Made by a program: the position numbers and the translations under genes
The notes under the pieces: model-generated
Told to the model about the DNA's origin: nothing
Databases searched by the model: none
The model's input: only the letters and a program-made list of their open reading frames with translations
In this document: positions 54,222 through 64,000 of the stretch, in pieces
Numbering within the stretch: position 1 is the first letter of the stretch
How the letters are laid out: each line of letters starts with the position of its first letter
Assembly: GCA_964016885.1 (NCBI GenBank)
Contig: OZ024742.1
Span: 57,970,001 to 58,034,000, forward strand
Length of the DNA: 64,000 nt
DNA from: Eledone cirrhosa
Lineage: Eukaryota
Reading direction: 5' to 3'

Positions 54222-54490
54222 CAGTGTCCATGTCCCTTCTCCAGGACTTCTAGACTGGTAGGAGAAAGAGGGAAGAGCAGTGCCCCTGTCCATTTTTTCA
54301 GGGACTCCTAAACAGTTGGAAGACAGGGAAGAGTAGTGCCCATGTTCCTTTTCAGGGACTCCTAAACTGGTGGGAGACAGAGAAGAGTAGTGCCCATGTC
54401 CCTTTTCAGGGGCTCCTAGACTGGTGTTAAAGAGAGAAAGGCAGTGCTCATGTCCTTTTTCAGGGACTCCTCGAGTAGTGGGAGACAAGA
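54222..54490. repeat. 54-bp minisatellite x5
   Basis: tcagggactcc-like landmarks at 54298, 54352, 54406, 54460. Confidence 0.9.
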
Positions 54491-54673
54491 AAGAAATTGT
54501 ATTAAAAATTCTTCAAAAATCAACATGCAGCATTAGATGGGATATTGATGACTGGATTGGGTCTTTGTTCATAGGTATACTTAGTCAACATTGATCTAGG
54601 TCTGACCAATGACAACATCAAATCACTATCTTCATTATTGTCATGAAAGTAAATGGGATCTTTTATATTGTAG

Positions 54674-54837
54674 GTTGCAGCAGTAGCTGCTGTGAAATCT
54701 GGTTCCTAGATCGTTCTCTGAGATGGCATTTCTTGGTGACATCATTTACATCTTACTATCGTTTGATGCTTCTCCATCTTGGTTTGCCTCAGTGGCAGTA
54801 TATCTTCACAAATATTGGTCTATCGATGCAGGCAAAG
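54674..54837 (+). CDS. TPGS2: TPGS2 coding exon 6 (gene continues beyond the window)
   Basis: ttgtag| CSSSCCEIWFLDRSLRWHFLVTSFTSYYRLMLLHLGLPQWQYIFTNIGLSMQAK |gtacac; compare EIWFLDRALYWHFL...HLGLPQWQYAFTSYGISPQAK. Confidence 0.95.
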
Positions 54838-54884
54838 GTACACATCTATTTTTATATTGCTGCAGCATGTGAGTACTGGAATAT

Positions 54885-57800
54885 TGAGATGGTGGGATAT
54901 AGTGAAACATTGTTAGTACTGGGATGGTGGGATATAGTCACACATTGTTGGTACTGGAATGGTGGGATATAGTCACACATTGTTGGTACTGGGATGGTGG
55001 GATATAGTCACACATTGTTGGTACTGGAATGGTGGGATATAGTCACACATTGTTGGTATTGGAATGGTGGTATATAGTCACACATTGTTGGTACTGGAAT
55101 GGTGGGATATAGTCACACATTCTTGGTACTGGGATGGTGGGATATAGTCACACATTGTTGGTACTGGAATGGTGGGATATAGTCACACATTGTTGGTACT
55201 GGTATGGTGGGATATAGTCACACATTGTTGGTACTGGAATGGTGGTATATAGTCACACATTGTTGGTACTGGAATGGTGGGATATATTCACACATTGTTG
55301 GTACTGGGATGGTGGGATATAGTCACACATTGTTGGTACTGGTATGGTGGGATATAGTCACACATTGTTGGTACTGGAATGGTGGGATATAGTCACATAT
55401 TGTTGGTACTGGTATGGTGGGATATAGTCACACATTGTTGGTACTGAGATGGTGGGATATAGTCACACATTGTTGGTACTGGGATGGTGGGATATAGTCA
55501 CACATTGTTGGTACTGGGATGGTGGGATATAGTCACACATTGTTGGTATTGGAATGGTGGGATATAGTCACACATTGTTGGTACAGGTATGGTGGGATAT
55601 AGTCACACATTGTTGGTACTGGAATGGTGGGATATAGTCACACATAGTTGGTACTGGGATGGTGGGATATAGTCATACATTGTTGGTACTGAGATGGTGG
55701 GATATAGTCACACATTGTTGGTACTGGAATGGTGGGATATAGTCACACATTGTTGGTATTGGAATGGTGGGATATAGTCACACATTGTTGGTACTGGGAT
55801 GGTGGGATATAGTCACACATTGTTGGTACTGGGATGGTGGGATATAGTCACACATTGTTGGTATTGGAATGGTGGGATATAGTCACACATTGTTGTTACT
55901 GGCATGGTGGGATATAGTCACACATTGTTGGTACTGGAATGGTGGGATATAGTCACACATTGTTGGTACTGGGATGGTGGGATATAGTCACACATTGTTG
56001 GTACTGGTATGGTGGGATATAGTCACACATTGTTGGTACTGGAATGGTGGGATATAGTCACACATTGTCGGTACTGGGATGGTGGGATATAGTCACACAT
56101 TGTTGGTACTGAGATGGTGGGATATAGTCACACATTGTTGGTACTGGAATGGTGGGATATAGTCACACATTGTTGGTATTGGAATGGTGGGATATAGTCA
56201 CACTTTGTTGGTACTGAGATGGTGGGATATAGTCACACATTGTTGGTACTGGAATGGTGGGATATAGTCACATATTGTTGGTACTGAGATGGTGGGATAT
56301 AGTCACACATTGTTGGTACTGGAATGGTGGTATATAGTCACACATTGTTGGTACTGGTATGGTGGGATATAGTCACACATTGTTGGTACTGGAATGGTGG
56401 GATATAGTCACACATTGTTGGTATTGGAATGGTGGGATATAGTCACACTTTGTTGGTACTGAGATGGTGGGATATAGTCACACATTGTTGGTACTGGAAT
56501 GGTGGGATATAGTCACATATTGTTGGTACTGGGATGGTGGGATATAGTCACACATTGTTGGTACTGGAATGGTGGTATATAGTCACACATTGTTGGTACT
56601 GGTATGGTGGGATATAGTCACATATTGTTGGTACTGAGATGGTGGGATATAGTCACACATTGTTGGTACTGGAATGGTGGTATATAGTCACACATTGTTG
56701 GTACTGGTATGGTGGGATATAGTCACACATTGTTGGTACTGGAATGGTGGGATATAGTCACACATTGTTGGTATTGGAATGGTGGGATATAGTCACACTT
56801 TGTTGGTACTGAGATGGTGGGATATAGTCACACATTGTTGGTACTGGAATGGTGGGATATAGTCACATATTGTTGGTACTGGGATGGTGGGATATAGTCA
56901 CACATTGTTGGTACTGGAATGGTGGTATATAGTCACACATTGTTGGTACTGGTATGGTGGGATATAGTCACACATTGTTGGTACTGGAATGGTGGGATAT
57001 AGTCACACATTGTTGGTACTGGAATGGTGGTATATAGTCACACATTGTTGGTACTGGAATGGTGGGATATATTCACACATTGTTGGTACTGGAATGGTGG
57101 GATATAGTCACATATTGTTGGTACTGGTATGGTGGGATTTAGTCACACATTGTTGGTACTGAGATGGTGGGATATAGTCACACATTGTTGGTACTGGGAT
57201 GGTGGGATATAGTCACACATTGTTGGTACTGGGATGGTGGGATATAGTCACACATTGTTGGTATTGGAATGGTGGGATATAGTCACACATTGTTGGTACA
57301 GGTAAGGTGGGATATAGTCACACATTGTTGGTACTGGAATGGTGGGATATAGTCACACATAGTTGGTACTGGGATGGTGGGATATAGTCATACATTGTTG
57401 GTACTGAGATGGTGGGATATAGTCACACATTGTTGGTACTGGAATGGTGGGATATAGTCACACATTGTTGGTATTGGAATGGTGGGATATAGTCACACAT
57501 TGTTGGTACTGGGATGGTGGGATATAGTCACACATTGTTGGTATTGGAATGGTGGGATATAGTCACACATTGTTGGTACTGGGATGGTGGGATATAGTCA
57601 CACATTGTTGGTACTGGGATAGTGGGATATAGTCACACATTGTTGGTACTGAGATGGTGGGATATAGTCACACATTGTTGGTACTGGAATGGTGGGATAT
57701 AGTCACACATTGTTGGTATTGGAATGGTGGGATATAGTCACACATTGTTGGTACTGGTATGGTGGGATATAGTCACACATTGTTGGTACTGGAATGGTGG

Positions 57801-60800
57801 GATATAGTCACACATTGTTGGTATTGGAATGGTGGGATATAGTCACACATTGTTGGTACTGAGATGGTGGGATATAGTCACACATTGTTGGTATTGGAAT
57901 GGTGGGATATAGTCAGACATTGTTGGTACTGGAATGGTGGGATATAGTCACACATTGTTGGTACTGGGATGGTGGGATATAGTCACACATTGTTAATACT
58001 GGAATGGTGGGATATAGTCACACATTGTTGGTACTGGGATGGTGGGATATAGTCACACATTGTTGGTACTGGTATGGTGGGATATAGTCACACATTGTTG
58101 GTACTGGAATGGTGGGATATAGTCACACATTGTTGGTATTGGAATGGTGGGATATAGTCACACATTGTTGGTACTGGAATGGTGGGATATAGTCACACAT
58201 TGTTGGTACTGGTATGGTGGGATATAGTCACACATTCTTGGTACTGGGATGGTGGGATATAGTCACACATTGTTGGTACTGGAATGGTGGGATATAGTCA
58301 CACATTGTTGGTACTGGGATGGTGGGATATAGTCACACATTGTTGGTTCTGGGATGGTGGGATATAGTCACACATTGTTGGTATTGGAATGGTGGGATAT
58401 AGTCACACATTGTTGGTACTGGGATGGTGGGATATAGTCACACATTGTTGGTTCTGGGATGGTGGGATATAGTCACACATTGTTGGTATTGGAATGGTGG
58501 GATATAGTCACACATAGTTGGTACTGGGATGGTGGGATATAGTCACATATTGTTGGTACTGGGATGGTGGGATATAGTCACACTTTGTTGGTACTGGAAT
58601 GGTGGGATATAGTCACACATTGTTGGTACTGGGATGGTGGGATATAGTCACACATTGTTGGTTCTGGGATGGTGGGATATAGTCACACATTGTTGGTATT
58701 GGAATGGTGGGATATAGTCACACATTGTTGGTACTGGGATGGTGGGATATAGTCACACATTGTTGGTTCTGGGATGGTGGGATATAGTCACACATTGTTG
58801 GTATTGGAATGGTGGGATATAGTCACACATAGTTGGTACTGGGATGGTGGGATATAGTCACATATTGTTGGTACTGGGATGGTGGGATATAGTCACACTT
58901 TGTTGGTACTGGAATGGTGGGATATAGTCACACATTGTTGGTACTGGGATCGTGGGATATAGTCACACTTTGTTGGTACAGGAATGGTGGGATATAGTCA
59001 CACATTGTTGGTACTGGAATGGTGGGATATAGTCACACATTGTTGGTACTGGAATGGTGGGATATAGTCACACATTGTTGGTACTGGAATGGTGGGATAT
59101 AGTCACACATTGTTGGTACTGGGATGGTGGGATATAGTCACACATTGTTGGTTCTGGGATGGTGGGATATAGTCACACATTGTTGGTACTGGAATGGTGG
59201 GATATAGTCACACATTGTTGGTTCTGGGATGGTGGGATATAGTCACACATTGTTGGTACTGGAATGGTGGGATATAGTCACACATTGTTGGTACTGGAAT
59301 GGTGGGATATAGTCACACATTGTTGGTATTGAGATGGTGGGATATAGTCACACATTGTTGGTACTGGGATGGTGGGATATAGTCACACATTGTTGGTATT
59401 GGAATGGTGGGATATAGTCACACATTGTTGGTACTGGAATGGTAGGATATAGTCACACATTGTTGGTATTGGAATGGTGGGATATAGTCACACATTGTTG
59501 GTACTGAGATGGTGGGATATAGTCACACATTGTTGGTACTGGGATGGTAGGATATAGTCACACATTGTTGGTACTGAGATGGTGGGATATAGTCACACAT
59601 TGTTGGTACTGAGATGGTGGGATATAGTCACACATTGTTGGTACTGAGATGGTGGGATATAGTCACACATTGTTGGTATTGGAATGGTGGGATATAGTCA
59701 CACATTGTTGGTACTGAGATGGTGGGATATAGTCACACATTGTTGGTATTGGAATGGTGGGATATAGTCACACATTGTTGGTACTGAGATGGTGGGATAT
59801 AGTCACACATTGTTGGTATTGGAATGGTGGGATATAGTCACACATTGTTGGTACTGAGATGGTGGGATATAGTCACACATTGTTGGTACTGAGATGGTGG
59901 GATATAGTCACACATTGTTGGTACTGGAATGGTGGGATATAGTCACACATTGTTGGTACTGGAATGGTGGGATATAGTCACACATAGTTGGTACTGGGAT
60001 GGTGGGATATAGTCACACATTGTTGGTACTGAGATGGTGGGATATAGTCACACATTGTTGGTACTGGTATGGTGGGATATAGTCACACCTTGTTGGTACT
60101 GGTATGGTAGGATATAGTCACACATTGTTGGTACTGGGATGGTGGGATATAGTCACACATTGTTGGTACTGGTATGGTGGGATATAGTCACACATTGTTG
60201 GTACTGGAATGGTGGTATATAGTCACACATTGTTGGTACTGGAATGGTGGGATATATTCACACATTGTTGGTACTGGGATGGTGGGATATAGTCACACAT
60301 TGTTGGTACTGGTATGGTGGGATATAGTCACACATTGTTGGTACTGGAATGGTGGGATATAGTCACATATTGTTGGTACTGGTATGGTGGGATATAGTCA
60401 CACATTGTTGGTACTGAGATGGTGGGATATAGTCACACATTGTTGGTACTGGGATGGTGGGATATAGTCACACATTGTTGGTACTGGGATGGTGGGATAT
60501 AGTCACACATTGTTGGTATTGGAATGGTGGGATATAGTCACACATTGTTGGTACAGGTATGGTGGGATATAGTCACACATTGTTGGTACTGGAATGGTGG
60601 GATATAGTCACACATAGTTGGTACTGGGATGGTGGGATATAGTCATACATTGTTGGTACTGAGATGGTGGGATATAGTCACACATTGTTGGTACTGGAAT
60701 GGTGGGATATAGTCACACATTGTTGGTATTGGAATGGTGGGATATAGTCACACATTGTTGGTACTGGGATGGTGGGATATAGTCACACATTGTTGGTACT

Positions 60801-63800
60801 GGGATGGTGGGATATAGTCACACATTGTTGGTATTGGAATGGTGGGATATAGTCACACATTGTTGTTACTGGCATGGTGGGATATAGTCACACATTGTTG
60901 GTACTGGAATGGTGGGATATAGTCACACATTGTTGGTACTGGGATGGTGGGATATAGTCACACATTGTTGGTACTGGTATGGTGGGATATAGTCACACAT
61001 TGTTGGTACTGGAATGGTGGGATATAGTCACACATTGTCGGTACTGGGATGGTGGGATATAGTCACACATTGTTGGTACTGAGATGGTGGGATATAGTCA
61101 CACATTGTTGGTACTGGAATGGTGGGATATAGTCACACATTGTTGGTATTGGAATGGTGGGATATAGTCACACTTTGTTGGTACTGAGATGGTGAGATAT
61201 AGTCACACATTGTTGGTACTGGAATGGTGGGATATAGTCACATATTGTTGGTACTGAGATGGTGGGATATAGTCACACATTGTTGGTACTGGAATGGTGG
61301 TATATAGTCACACATTGTTGGTACTGGTATGGTGGGATATAGTCACACATTGTTGGTACTGGAATGGTGGGATATAGTCACACATTGTTGGTATTGGAAT
61401 GGTGGGATATAGTCACACTTTGTTGGTACTGAGATGGTGGGATATAGTCACACATTGTTGGTACTGGAATGGTGGGATATAGTCACATATTGTTGGTACT
61501 GGGATGGTGGGATATAGTCACACTTTGTTGGTACTGGAATGGTGGGATATAGTCACACATTGTTGGTACTGGGATGGTGGGATATAGTCACACATTGTTG
61601 GTTCTGGGATGGTGGGATATAGTCACACATTGTTGGTATTGGAATGGTGGGATATAGTCACACATTGTTGGTACTGGGATGGTGGGATATAGTCACACAT
61701 TGTTGGTTCTGGGATGGTGGGATATAGTCACACATTGTTGGTATTGGAATGGTGGGATATAGTCACACATAGTTGGTACTGGGATGGTGGGATATAGTCA
61801 CATATTGTTGGTACTGGGATGGTGGGATATAGTCACACTTTGTTGGTACTGGAATGGTGGGATATAGTCACACATTGTTGGTACTGGGATCGTGGGATAT
61901 AGTCACACTTTGTTGGTACAGGAATGGTGGGATATAGTCACACATTGTTGGTACTGGAATGGTGGGATATAGTCACACATTGTTGGTACTGGAATGGTGG
62001 GATATAGTCACACATTGTTGGTACTGGAATGGTGGGATATAGTCACACATTGTTGGTACTGGGATGGTGGGATATAGTCACACATTGTTGGTTCTGGGAT
62101 GGTGGGATATAGTCACACATTGTTGGTACTGGAATGGTGGGATATAGTCACACATTGTTGGTTCTGGGATGGTGGGATATAGTCACACATTGTTGGTACT
62201 GGAATGGTGGGATATAGTCACACATTGTTGGTACTGGAATGGTGGGATATAGTCACACATTGTTGGTATTGAGATGGTGGGATATAGTCACACATTGTTG
62301 GTACTGGGATGGTGGGATATAGTCACACATTGTTGGTATTGGAATGGTGGGATATAGTCACACATTGTTGGTACTGGAATGGTAGGATATAGTCACACAT
62401 TGTTGGTATTGGAATGGTGGGATATAGTCACACATTGTTGGTACTGAGATGGTGGGATATAGTCACACATTGTTGGTACTGGGATGGTAGGATATAGTCA
62501 CACATTGTTGGTACTGAGATGGTGGGATATAGTCACACATTGTTGGTACTGAGATGGTGGGATATAGTCACACATTGTTGGTACTGAGATGGTGGGATAT
62601 AGTCACACATTGTTGGTATTGGAATGGTGGGATATAGTCACACATTGTTGGTACTGAGATGGTGGGATATAGTCACACATTGTTGGTATTGGAATGGTGG
62701 GATATAGTCACACATTGTTGGTACTGAGATGGTGGGATATAGTCACACATTGTTGGTATTGGAATGGTGGGATATAGTCACACATTGTTGGTACTGAGAT
62801 GGTGGGATATAGTCACACATTGTTGGTACTGAGATGGTGGGATATAGTCACACATTGTTGGTACTGGAATGGTGGGATATAGTCACACATTGTTGGTACT
62901 GGAATGGTGGGATATAGTCACACATAGTTGGTACTGGGATGGTGGGATATAGTCACACATTGTTGGTACTGAGATGGTGGGATATAGTCACACATTGTTG
63001 GTACTGGTATGGTGGGATATAGTCACACCTTGTTGGTACTGGTATGGTAGGATATAGTCACACATTGTTGGTACTGGGATGGTGGGATATAGTCACACAT
63101 TGTTGGTACTGGTATGGTGGGATATAGTCACACATTGTTGGTACTGGAATGGTGGTATATAGTCACACATTGTTGGTACTGGAATGGTGGGATATATTCA
63201 CACATTGTTGGTACTGGGATGGTGGGATATAGTCACACATTGTTGGTACTGGTATGGTGGGATATAGTCACACATTGTTGGTACTGGAATGGTGGGATAT
63301 AGTCACATATTGTTGGTACTGGTATGGTGGGATATAGTCACACATTGTTGGTACTGAGATGGTGGGATATAGTCACACATTGTTGGTACTGGGATGGTGG
63401 GATATAGTCACACATTGTTGGTACTGGGATGGTGGGATATAGTCACACATTGTTGGTATTGGAATGGTGGGATATAGTCACACATTGTTGGTACAGGTAT
63501 GGTGGGATATAGTCACACATTGTTGGTACTGGAATGGTGGGATATAGTCACACATAGTTGGTACTGGGATGGTGGGATATAGTCATACATTGTTGGTACT
63601 GAGATGGTGGGATATAGTCACACATTGTTGGTACTGGAATGGTGGGATATAGTCACACATTGTTGGTATTGGAATGGTGGGATATAGTCACACATTGTTG
63701 GTACTGGGATGGTGGGATATAGTCACACATTGTTGGTACTGGGATGGTGGGATATAGTCACACATTGTTGGTATTGGAATGGTGGGATATAGTCACACAT

Positions 63801-64000
63801 TGTTGTTACTGGCATGGTGGGATATAGTCACACATTGTTGGTACTGGAATGGTGGGATATAGTCACACATTGTTGGTACTGGGATGGTGGGATATAGTCA
63901 CACATTGTTGGTACTGGTATGGTGGGATATAGTCACACATTGTTGGTACTGGAATGGTGGGATATAGTCACACATTGTCGGTACTGGGATGGTGGGATAT
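54885..64000. repeat. 35-bp satellite array (~260 units, runs off the window) in TPGS2 intron 6
   Basis: Unit ttgttggtactggaatggtgggatatagtcacaca. Confidence 0.98.

Noticed and set aside
54207-54488. 93-aa ORF with 18-aa repeats (GVPEKGHGHYSSLS)
   Set aside because: Product of a 54-bp minisatellite antisense within TPGS2 intron 5; the repeat phase shifts in the last units.
54885-64000. 35-bp array as CRISPR or coding repeat (62-aa ORFs at 55204, 60174, 63114)
   Set aside because: No spacers; the unit is not a multiple of 3 and produces regular stops; it lies after a splice donor.

Overview
AT-rich, repeat-dominated metazoan genomic DNA. The repeat landscape (very long (TA)n arrays, RTE LINEs with (GAT)n tails, tRNA-derived SINEs, Penelope-like elements) suggests an octopod cephalopod; this is inference. 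One host gene is recognisable and is almost entirely missed by the ORF track: six coding exons of TPGS2 on the + strand (44534-54837, 639 nt, 213 codons). Its next exon must lie beyond a >9 kb 35-bp satellite that runs off the window end. The rest is mobile DNA: RTE, CR1-like and CRE-like non-LTR fragments, three decayed Penelope-like elements (PLEs), mariner and CMC-type transposase remnants, MITEs, SINEs and minisatellites. The most striking signal is about 15 type I hammerhead ribozyme (HHR) motifs from about 8 sequence families. They include a non-coding 426-bp tandem array with one HHR per unit (14616-15765) and a ~315-bp non-coding HHR family (14346-14613, 35232-35737), both with retrozyme architecture. 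Several HHRs carry the compensated U3-A8 core. HHR folds were read by eye, none was tested, and most element boundaries are approximate.
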